The translations under genes and the position numbers were made by a program. The notes beneath the pieces are model-generated. The model did no database searches and had not been told where the DNA came from. It saw only the letters and a list, made by a program, of their open reading frames with translations. Positions 1 through 9,500 of a stretch of 64,000 nt of DNA are shown piece after piece (within the stretch, counting starts at the first letter, position 1; each line of letters begins with the position of its first letter). The DNA is taken from positions 52,753 to 116,752 of the IMG/VR virus record IMGVR_UViG_3300033148_002122; one strand, written 5' to 3'. Source of the stretch: a virus.

Positions 1-2
1 TT

Positions 3-3000
3 AAGGGTGTTCTAGGAACGGGGGTTGGTAGGCACAGTGTATCTAGGTATGATAAATTCTTGCCTAGTGATAGGAATTTTTTAGAAGAAGTTATTACTGA
101 AATTCGTAGGGAATTATCTACTCAAATTAGTGACACTACTTCTCTTCATCAACAAATAACCCAACAAGTATATGTTCCTAATACTAAGACATCTGCTGTT
201 AACGTTAACTACTTGCCTGTAGATTTTAGAGCAGCGGGTGAGTATAAACCTACTAATAGCCTTGATGGTCCTCTTGAGTTAAAATATGAAGGGTATATTA
301 ATAGAGTAATTGTACACCGTAATACACCTGGAATTGATGGCACAACAGCGATTAACGTTAAGATAGATGGAACAAGTATTTTGGATGGACTCATAACTAT
401 AGGATCTGATGAAACAGCAGCAACAGTAGTTACTGATTTTACATCAACATACTACGAAATTGATAGCAATCTAACGGTTGATATTATAGATGTTGAGGCA
501 AATGCATCCGACCTAATGGTTACTGTTGAGCTAGCTTTTCCATTCCAGTCTAATGTATTTCTAGCTAATTTTTCACTAACAGGCAGAGGAAGTATAACTG
601 AGAATCTAGATGGTTTCTTCATAGTACCATTCGAATCAGAGTGGAAATATTGGCAAGGAGTTACTGATTCTACTAGCTTAGGTCAGTACAGCATTACTGC
701 CCATAGACTGGATACAACTACTAGTGCCGGTCCAACAACTTTTCCTGCTCCTGGTGAAGCTAGTGCTAGTTTGAATGAAAACAGGATACAACCTGGGGAA
801 CTATTTAGTGTGTCTGTTAACGAGGTTCCTTCTTCCGGTGAAGATATGAGGGCAACACTTACGTTTAATAGAAGAATACCAGAGTACTATGCTATAATGG
901 ATTTTCAGGCGATGGGTAATTACTATGTAACAGAGAATGCTGATATAGCTCGATATATTCCAGAAAATATAACAATTAAGGATGTATACCTAACTAGATC
1001 AACCGGAGGAACAGATAATACATCTGTTTTCACACTTAATGATGATGGTGTTGAGATAGCTAGGGTATACATTGACAGCAGTACGGCTATTTATGATAGT
1101 ACAGGTTGTCATGTTTCACCAGAAGTTGAGGTGGCTGCTGGGTCTTACCTAACGCTTGATATTATTGGTGTTGAGGATGGGGTGCCATCAGACGCAAGAT
1201 GTATGGTTGTATATGATGTATCAATACCAACCACACCAATAGGTTTAGCCGATTCAACAGAAACGGCAGAACTTAGAAATAGCTTTATTTCACTGGACAG
1301 CAGTGTTGCAGACATATCGACTCATCTTGGTCTAGTTGATACTACAGCTTCAAACACACTGGCTAGTCTTAATAGTATTGATAGTACAGTAAGTGATATA
1401 CTTAGTAGACTAACTTTACTAGATACTACAGCGTCCCAACTAACTGATGAATACCTGGAGTTGGACGCTACTGTAGACTATATATTATATAATCAGTTGC
1501 TAAACAACAACTTATTGATTCAGTTTGGTAATGACCTAGATAGTTTTGATAGTACTTTGGCTGAGATGTCTGTAGGTCTTGGTATTTTTGATAGTACTAT
1601 ATCAGAGATGTCAGATAAAATTATTGAAATAGATAGTACAGCTTCTGAGATATCTTCTAGAATAAATATAATAGATAGTACTACTGCTGAAATGTCTATA
1701 AAACTTATAGCACTAGATAGCACTGTATCTGAGTTATCTGCTGTAGTTGGTGACACACCTGAATATGATTATGTTGACCTAGACACATCGTATGGAAAAC
1801 CTGTCCATCAACCTGGAAGGTTATTCTGGGATGACGATAATAAAACTGTTGCGATGTACACTGATAGTACTGAGGTTACACTACAGATAGGACAAGAGGA
1901 TTGGACTCGGGTTAAAAACGAAACAGGGAATACTATTGTTAATGGCAGGGCAGTAAATGTTGTTGGAGTAAATGGTAACGGCATACCTCTAGTTGATTTC
2001 GCACACGCAGGTGATAGTACATACAATCATTGTCATGGCCTAATGACTCACAATCTTGAAACTGGTAACATAGGTTATATGGTATCTCGCGGTATTATCC
2101 ATGATATTGATACTTCTTGGCTTTCTGCTGGTGATCCTCTTTATCTTTGTGATTCTACGGCTGGTCTGTACGGAACTACTATACCAACTGCTGCTGCGTC
2201 TGCTATACAGGAGATTGGTGTTGTTTTAGAATCAGGTGTTTCTGGATCTGCTCTAGTACATCCACACGCACCATCTAGAAATTCAGAACGAGCATTTGAA
2301 AGATCTTGGGCTATAACAAGTCTCAGTGGTGCGTCTGGAGACTACTACTTTGGTGGATTTTACAAACACGGTGGTACTCACGATGATTTTAGTGGAGTAG
2401 TTAACTTTGGAAGTGCTAACGTATCGTATGCTGCACATTTCTTTGTTGTTCTTGGTGCCTCTACTGTTGATGAGTTAACAATACATGTCACTGGAACATC
2501 TATAAACGACAACGGTGACAGAGCTACTAGTGACACTGAAGATATTGTAATTCCAACACTAACTTCTGTTAATGCATATTTCGAGACTAGTAAGAAGTGG
2601 TTAGGTCAAATTTCTGTAACTGTTACAGGTGGAACAGCGAAAGATTGTAATTATGGGTTCTCCAAATATTGGGATAACAATAATAACGCATTCCAACTAA
2701 TAGGTCTTGAAGTAACGGGGTTAGCTGGAGCGTCAGATACTGGTATAGAAATAAGATTGATTCATCACACTAGCTCTGGATGGACGTATAACGCAGGAAG
2801 TTCCGCTGTACCCGCAGTCTTGGCATCAATGTCTACTGACCACTCAACAGAGAGTAGGGTAGCTTCGGGTGAGGAATTTGCATGGAAACGTTCTAACTTA
2901 GATACGTCTGTAGCTGGTGGAGATTCTGAAGGAACAATCTTTTTTATTACTACCACGGTTAACGATGCCGTTGAAGTTGGAACAGCAATGATTAGAATTA

Positions 3001-3023
3001 TTACGGATATTACTAGCCAATAA
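3..3023 (+). CDS. Virion/tail-fibre-like protein, probably 5'-truncated by the window edge: three repeated beta domains, a 14-aa coiled-coil repeat and a C-terminal fibre-like domain
   Basis: The frame is open from position 3 (KGVLGTGVGRHSVSRYDKFLPSD...), so the TTG at 60 is probably not the true start. Internal repeats of 'LT(V/L)DII.VE...SD' type, heptad repeats, and 'VKNETGNTIVNGRAV', which is typical of fibre domains. Confidence 0.6.
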   Translation, partial: KGVLGTGVGRHSVSRYDKFLPSDRNFLEEVITEIRRELSTQISDTTSLHQQITQQVYVPNTKTSAVNVNYLPVDFRAAGEYKPTNSLDGPLELKYEGYINRVIVHRNTPGIDGTTAINVKIDGTSILDGLITIGSDETAATVVTDFTSTYYEIDSNLTVDIIDVEANASDLMVTVELAFPFQSNVFLANFSLTGRGSITENLDGFFIVPFESEWKYWQGVTDSTSLGQYSITAHRLDTTTSAGPTTFPAPGEASASLNENRIQPGELFSVSVNEVPSSGEDMRATLTFNRRIPEYYAIMDFQAMGNYYVTENADIARYIPENITIKDVYLTRSTGGTDNTSVFTLNDDGVEIARVYIDSSTAIYDSTGCHVSPEVEVAAGSYLTLDIIGVEDGVPSDARCMVVYDVSIPTTPIGLADSTETAELRNSFISLDSSVADISTHLGLVDTTASNTLASLNSIDSTVSDILSRLTLLDTTASQLTDEYLELDATVDYILYNQLLNNNLLIQFGNDLDSFDSTLAEMSVGLGIFDSTISEMSDKIIEIDSTASEISSRINIIDSTTAEMSIKLIALDSTVSELSAVVGDTPEYDYVDLDTSYGKPVHQPGRLFWDDDNKTVAMYTDSTEVTLQIGQEDWTRVKNETGNTIVNGRAVNVVGVNGNGIPLVDFAHAGDSTYNHCHGLMTHNLETGNIGYMVSRGIIHDIDTSWLSAGDPLYLCDSTAGLYGTTIPTAAASAIQEIGVVLESGVSGSALVHPHAPSRNSERAFERSWAITSLSGASGDYYFGGFYKHGGTHDDFSGVVNFGSANVSYAAHFFVVLGASTVDELTIHVTGTSINDNGDRATSDTEDIVIPTLTSVNAYFETSKKWLGQISVTVTGGTAKDCNYGFSKYWDNNNNAFQLIGLEVTGLAGASDTGIEIRLIHHTSSGWTYNAGSSAVPAVLASMSTDHSTESRVASGEEFAWKRSNLDTSVAGGDSEGTIFFITTTVNDAVEVGTAMIRIITDITSQ
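1293..1754 (+). repeat. Eleven in-register 14-aa (42-nt) degenerate repeats forming a predicted coiled coil
   Basis: LDSSVADISTHLGL/VDTTASNTLASLNS/IDSTVSDILSRLTL/LDTTASQLTDEYLE/LDATVDYILYNQLL/NNNLLIQFGNDLDS/FDSTLAEMSVGLGI/FDSTISEMSDKIIE/IDSTASEISSRINI/IDSTTAEMSIKLIA/LDSTVSELSAVVGD. Confidence 0.85.
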
Positions 3024-3032
3024 GGAGCTAAA

Positions 3033-3626
3033 ATGACAACTTTTTATACGCTCGATTCTAGAGCTAAAATAATTCAAGTGCAGGACAGCACAGGAGGAGA
3101 TCCTTGGGATTCGACTAGCTGGCCTGAAGAAGATTCTACCAGTACCCAAGAGTCAACTTTTACTATAGAGGGGCACAGGGATAACGTACCCTACGCTGCC
3201 GAACCGTTTGATTCTACGGCTGTTTGGGAGCAACTACCTTGTATCTTCCAGTGTCCATCAGGGCATGTTGCGTATATTACTTCAGCAACACTTCTCTATT
3301 GGGTAGCTGATGCCGATGGTCAAAATTATGGTTCTGGAGACAGTACTTTCGGGTGGAGGGGTTTTGCAAACTTTAGATTCTACACAACGGGTATGCCACT
3401 AGATACCACTTCATCAGTATGGGCACCAACAAACGTGTTCCTGCCTGTGGTATGCAGTCAGGACAATCCTTATGGAAGTAAAACATGGCATTTCACAGAT
3501 GCAGCCCAGCCATTAAATAGACCATTACGTGCAGGAGAGTCACTTGATTTGCGAGTTCGTCCACATGATGGTCCTATAAATCACTGTCAGGCAATTTTTA
3601 CTGGATATTTAGTAGCGGAAGCGTAA
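3033..3626 (+). CDS. Small DST-rich putative virion protein
   Basis: 197 aa with an AAGGAG RBS; five DST plus one DTT; lies within the structural operon. Confidence 0.6.
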   Translation: MTTFYTLDSRAKIIQVQDSTGGDPWDSTSWPEEDSTSTQESTFTIEGHRDNVPYAAEPFDSTAVWEQLPCIFQCPSGHVAYITSATLLYWVADADGQNYGSGDSTFGWRGFANFRFYTTGMPLDTTSSVWAPTNVFLPVVCSQDNPYGSKTWHFTDAAQPLNRPLRAGESLDLRVRPHDGPINHCQAIFTGYLVAEA

Positions 3627-3643
3627 TATAAGGGGAGACTAAA

Positions 3644-6544
3644 ATGTATAACAATTGGTATGGTGAGACTGATTCTACTGTTTTGCTAGGGAATATCAGA
3701 GATGAAAATCCAGCACTTGGTGTTTCAGGTACTGTAGCTAACACGGACTTCTTTGCTACCTATATTGGTCAGCCACTTATTGATTTGGCTACGGTATTAG
3801 GTCCATCACCCTCACACGCCGCAAGCAATATTTATCGTGCTGGTGGCCGTGGTGGATTTCCACTAATACAGATTCCTTCTACATCTCCAGAAATTACTAA
3901 TGATACTGATAACAGATACTGTCAGTACGAAGAGGATATTGAATCTCTATTTACTACGGCAGATATTGGTAACGGAGATCAAATACTTGGGTCGTTTGCA
4001 GTAAGGTTTGAGGGCGTAGATTTCTTTGCAGAATGGAGTAATCTTACAGCGTATGAAACTGACAATGGTAAGTACGCAGTACATGTTGATAGAGAAAATC
4101 CAAATAGATCTTTTGGAACTATACCAAACTTCAATCTTACAGGATCTGATTCATCTAATTTTGAAGTATACTTTGAAAGAGGAGCAAGTGGTGGTGGGTC
4201 AGGACTTGCTGGTAATACTATAGTATTTGGTCCTTCTGGATCAGGCGCAGATTATTCTGATTGGAATACCATGCTTGCTTCTATTGAAACAAGTCTTGAC
4301 TCTACTAATCAGTATACTGTGTATGTGATGCCAGGGTTTTATGAAGTTTCAGATGCTACATGGAGTATTTTTGACATTAATGAGTATGATGGGTCAACAT
4401 ATAAACGAATGTTCTTTAAGAATCGTGTACCATCGTATCTTCATGTTGTAGGATTAAATAAAGATAGTGTTATATTTAATCTATCAACTAATTATTTTAA
4501 TAATGCACATAAACATGGATCGCCAACTTTGGATTCAACTACAGGAGGAATTAATCCGTCTGTATTCTTTGCTTCTCAATTTAGTTCTGTATCAAATCTA
4601 ACAATTAAGGTTAACAACGAATACGTTGCTCCTCCACCAGATTTTTTACTTCCAGTTCCAATAGCTTTTTATCCTGATTCTTCTACTGCCTATGTTAGTT
4701 ATTTTGAGGATTTTTTAGATATAGATTATGATAATTATATAGGAGCAACAGAGAGAAGTCCAGCCAAACTATTAAACTTGTTCTTATTCAGAGGAGAGAA
4801 CATAAACTTTGTTGTTAGTGGCTGGGGGAATTCAAACTCATGTGTATTTGCTGGTCATCACCGTTCAGCAGGATTAGTATCATCACAGGAAGCAGATTAC
4901 CCAAAATCTATTTATGACATCTTTCTTCTAGAAGGTGTTGATGTTTGGAGTAACTCATTTTTCTATTTTAACAGATGTAGTGTTAAAGATTCTCAGCAAG
5001 GTAAAGTTGGATTTGGACTTAACTACCATGATACAAACGGAATTAGTTCTAATGGTGAGACATTTTCTGCAAGCTATTGTAATCTTATAGTTGATAGTCT
5101 GTACTACGAGTTTGATATGATATTACCGGAAACAGAACATGCTGATTCTACGCACGGATGGGTTGTACCAAGTGCAAAGAAATTTGTAGTCAAGGTTGGT
5201 AAAGGTAGTATACCCTACGTAAAGATATTTAATAATTCTGTATTTACAGCTCCTAATTGTTTTGTTCCTAGTTCTGATTCAACATATCATCTTGGAAACA
5301 AGTTTAGTTTTTCATATACGGCACATATCCTAGATGGTTGGGAAAGTAATGAAGAAGTTTACCAACAGTATAGTGATTTTCCGTGTTTAGTATACGTTTC
5401 TAGCAACAATCAAATTGATCTATACTCTAATGACTTTAACAGAAAGTCTATACATTTTAATAACTGTGAGTTCAGAGTTACAGGACTAAATCACCCACAG
5501 CTTGGTAATGATAACCTTATTGATGGTGGAATAGGGGATATCCCCTATGTTGATACAACCGACTATATTTCTGAATTTTGTGTTGGAGTTAGTAGTCTTG
5601 GAGATGTAGACCTTGTATTTAACGGATGTAGATTTGAAAATCATATTGATTCTCCTTATTCTGGTTTGTTTGTAATAGGGTCAGACGCGAAGGTTTCCAC
5701 TTCATTGGATTCACTACCTATGCTAAACGAAGTACACCTTAATAACTGTACTGGAGAATCTATTGGCTACGGATTATTTAGTGTTTGTACTGGAAAAATA
5801 GAATCTATTGAGAGCTTTTATTCTAGGATTAACATATCTGGTGGAAGTTATACCTCATATAAATCTCCTATTGTAAAAACTACACACAGAAATTGGGAGT
5901 ACAACAGTTATAGCCCTGTAGACTATACAGGATTAAGAGTATACTCAAATGGTACAATATTTAGATACGCACCAGGACCACTGATTACAGGAAGTCTACA
6001 CACTAACGCAAGAAACGCTGCACCACTATGGCTTGATACAACTACTGTGGGTGGTGTATTTGAGTTTGACACTACTACTGATATGGCTGTATTTGAGAAC
6101 TGTTCATTTGGAACACCAAGTCTTAAGAATTATGCTGATATTGGTTACTTTGCGGCTCCAGGCGTATGGCTTGGTCTTGATAAAGACTTGGTTTCCGTGG
6201 ATAAGAACTATCAATTCGGAAGCATATTTATGTTTTATCAGGATAGCACATCCTGGTCTGAGGAGAGATTCCAGTTTAGTAACTGTACTTTCTCTAGCGG
6301 TATAATACCTCCGTTCAGATTAAACACAATATACTCCAAAGGAGATTTTGCTCCAGCACTTGTATCTGGATGTAGATTTTTTACTGATTCAACTATGAGC
6401 GATCTAATGTCAGAGAATTTATTAAACATAGATTCTGGTATAATAGGTATAACGACATACGACACGACTGATTTGGAAGTTACTGTGGATTCTAACTCTT
6501 ATAACCCCTTGTATATAAGGCATTATCCACGAATCTGGAGATAG
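3644..6544 (+). CDS. Tailspike-like protein with a pectin-lyase/pectinesterase-like beta-helix
   Basis: 'GSGADYSDW...YTVYVMPGFYE...LHVVGLNKDSVIF' beta-helix entry motif; repeated 'F.NC.F' rungs (FNNCEF, FNGCRF, FENCSF, FSNCTF); GGGGAG RBS. Confidence 0.6.
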   Translation: MYNNWYGETDSTVLLGNIRDENPALGVSGTVANTDFFATYIGQPLIDLATVLGPSPSHAASNIYRAGGRGGFPLIQIPSTSPEITNDTDNRYCQYEEDIESLFTTADIGNGDQILGSFAVRFEGVDFFAEWSNLTAYETDNGKYAVHVDRENPNRSFGTIPNFNLTGSDSSNFEVYFERGASGGGSGLAGNTIVFGPSGSGADYSDWNTMLASIETSLDSTNQYTVYVMPGFYEVSDATWSIFDINEYDGSTYKRMFFKNRVPSYLHVVGLNKDSVIFNLSTNYFNNAHKHGSPTLDSTTGGINPSVFFASQFSSVSNLTIKVNNEYVAPPPDFLLPVPIAFYPDSSTAYVSYFEDFLDIDYDNYIGATERSPAKLLNLFLFRGENINFVVSGWGNSNSCVFAGHHRSAGLVSSQEADYPKSIYDIFLLEGVDVWSNSFFYFNRCSVKDSQQGKVGFGLNYHDTNGISSNGETFSASYCNLIVDSLYYEFDMILPETEHADSTHGWVVPSAKKFVVKVGKGSIPYVKIFNNSVFTAPNCFVPSSDSTYHLGNKFSFSYTAHILDGWESNEEVYQQYSDFPCLVYVSSNNQIDLYSNDFNRKSIHFNNCEFRVTGLNHPQLGNDNLIDGGIGDIPYVDTTDYISEFCVGVSSLGDVDLVFNGCRFENHIDSPYSGLFVIGSDAKVSTSLDSLPMLNEVHLNNCTGESIGYGLFSVCTGKIESIESFYSRINISGGSYTSYKSPIVKTTHRNWEYNSYSPVDYTGLRVYSNGTIFRYAPGPLITGSLHTNARNAAPLWLDTTTVGGVFEFDTTTDMAVFENCSFGTPSLKNYADIGYFAAPGVWLGLDKDLVSVDKNYQFGSIFMFYQDSTSWSEERFQFSNCTFSSGIIPPFRLNTIYSKGDFAPALVSGCRFFTDSTMSDLMSENLLNIDSGIIGITTYDTTDLEVTVDSNSYNPLYIRHYPRIWR

Positions 6545-6547
6545 TAT

Positions 6548-9500
6548 ATGAATAAACTTTCCTTTAAGTTATCTAGAAGAATAGACATTAATAGAGATTC
6601 ACAATTTATTAAGTGTGTTGAAACCCATAGTCTAGATAATACTATATATTATGAATTTTCTTACACTGAATCTAGTAGTGAGTATAGTTGGGCGTATAGA
6701 TACATAGAGGTAAAGGATAGTAACGTAGAAATTTCCATAAATAAATTACTTGAATTTAGTCTTATAGAGAGTGCTTCAATAGTAAATACTAATGACGAAA
6801 TGCTAGATATATCAGATAACGTTATAGCAGGGAGATGTCTCAGAACATGCTCTGGTCTTGCTGGTCAATACTGGGATGCCGCAGATATCTGGGGTGCTGG
6901 GTATGCCCAGGCTGTAACAGATTCGTCTGCTATGTTTTGTTTTAATCTAGTTGCAGGCTGCGCTGGTACTTCTTCTTCCAGTTACATAACAGGGTTAGTA
7001 GACTCAACCGTAACATTTATTGCTGGGTTTAGGGATCCGTTCTATACCCCTGAACAATTAACTGATTCAACCCATTATTTAGAACGTGCGGTATACTTCC
7101 CAACTAGATCTGTTGCACCAAATCATTCACTACAAAGGTATAAGGTTAGTGGAGTTGAATCGAGGGTTGAAGCCAATATACTATATATAGCTGCTGAACT
7201 TACGGAGGATGATGATACTGTGTTGTCTTCTACTGACGCACTATATAATCTTGGTATTAGATCAGGTATAGTATCAGATGGTATTCCAAATACAATATTT
7301 ATAGCCGGAATTTGTCATCATCTACACTGGTCAGCAAATAGTATTGATGGCTTGTGTATAGACGCTGATTACGAAAAGGGTGAGATGTTTATACCGGGAA
7401 CTTCTGTTAGGTCTAACTCTCTGGGGTGGAATATTGATGGTGTACAGGGTAAATCTGTAGGTATAGGTCAGAGTGATTCTACCGTAAATGTTGGTTTTGA
7501 GTTTGATGGTCTTACGTCTTATCCAGTTGAGCGATCAAGAATGGTGTTTGGGTCACAAGAAGGGAGTGGAATAGGTTTATTCCATCCAGATCTTGGTGGT
7601 GATGGTGATTCCACTCATGGTGTCTATCTGTATAACTTAGGATTAAATTCTGTTTTTGTTAATAATGCTAGAAAAATTCTTTACGGCGATGACTTACTAG
7701 GTTATACTGGACAGGGTTATAGCAGAGAACATGTGGAGGATTGGTCAATAGACGCAGGTAGTTCTTTTCATGTTATGAAAGTGTTTGGCATTGTTGGTGG
7801 AAGATGGAACGATAGCGGAACCCTTGGTGTAGCTCCTGGTTGTCATATGGACCCAGAATGTGTTAGAGGATATATCTTTGAATTAGTTGACTATGGCGTT
7901 GCTGACGTATATTCTTACTCACTAGAAAGTTCTTACCTATCAGACTACGGCACATTAACCTTTTATGATGTTGTTGGAGACACTGGTGCATACCCTATAG
8001 GGTCTGTAGCTAACTCCCTAACCGCTGGATACGCTGCTTCTAATGATGCTTGGTATCTTGTACCAGCATTTGGTAATGGTGGACACTACATTAATTTTGA
8101 TTCTGAAATAATAGGTATAAGTGCATTTTCTGTTTGGGACGGGACTAGTCCTGTGTATTCACACGGAGAGGCATTAACTTTTGTTTCTCCAGTACCTCAG
8201 TTAATTGCAGGTCCATACTATGATCCTAATGGTGCTACATTATTTGATAGTCATAGTTATGGTGAGTACGCAGGGCAGAGTTGTGCAACTCCTGCCGCTG
8301 CTGGTGGTATGTTATTATTAAAAGAGGCTAGACCAGAGCTATCTTATTTTGAGGCAAAGAATGTGCTTGCTAGTTCTTGTAGAAAGTTTCCAGACATGAC
8401 TGCCGAATCTGAGAATTGGCATCATCAGTTTGGTTATGGTAGACCGGATATGCTAGCAGCGTTTAATACAGATACAACAGAAACACCTTGTGCCCCACCA
8501 AGGGGGTTAATTGTTGATGGTGTTGGGAGAGATACACTGCTTTTTAGGTGGACAAACCCACACTACAAGCATTTTGAAAAAGTAAAGATATTAAGAAAAG
8601 ATGCTTTAGATCCAGGTACGTATGATACTTTTGCAAATTTACATAGTCTTTCTATCGAAGAACAGCCAGAAGGCATAGGCCAAGAAGAAAGTTTAGAATG
8701 GGTTGACACAATAACAACTTCCCCTCTTGGGTTGTCTGTTACCGATAGTACCTACTTTGGTAAAGTCCAACTGTATTTTGATTTTTGGGGCAGCAGCAGT
8801 TACATCAGTACGTTTAGTCACAATGGCATGGCCGAGTGGAATACCACGTACTATGATTTAATAAGCGCACCTGGAGATACTACGAGTAATGATTTCCCAA
8901 CGGGTATGCCAGAAGTTTATTTCAATTATGGTGGAACCGCACATGCTGCTATGTATGTTATTGATTCTACTGGTGACTGGTTTGGCTACTTCATAGACCA
9001 CATCCGCACAACCTGTGAGTACTTCTACGATCAAGGCAATCCCTTGTATGGTATTTTCCTTGATGATTTTGCTAATGTTATTAGTTGGTCCTACATTGTT
9101 GGTCCTGAGAAGACAAAAACATATGATCGTAATGGCGCACAAAATGATAGTTCTCATATATTCATAACTTGTCCCGAGTTATGGAGTTACTACATGGCTA
9201 GTGACTACTATCCGATATGGGGTGATGATAACTGGGAAGAAATGACCAAAACTGAACAGAAAGTTGTTACGATTCAGTGGTACTATGGTGTAATGAATGT
9301 CCAAATGGAGAGTCTAGAGCAGCAAGTGTGGGATATTATTAATAATTATTGTATACCTGACGGAAAGATGATTGTTAACGGTATTGGTAGAAGGCTCGAT
9401 GAGATAGGAGGGGGCCACCCCACGTATGGGAATTGGGTTCCAAGATACGGAACAACTAGGTTGTTCGAAGCCGCTGCCGAATTTGGTTATTCAAATCTTG

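Noticed and set aside
6542-6550. In-frame TAG-TAT-ATG between two structural genes, suggesting stop-codon recoding or readthrough
   Set aside because: The downstream ATG has its own GGAG RBS, multi-kb ORFs are intact under code 11, conserved genes such as recA and dut end properly at TAG, and no suppressor tRNA was seen.
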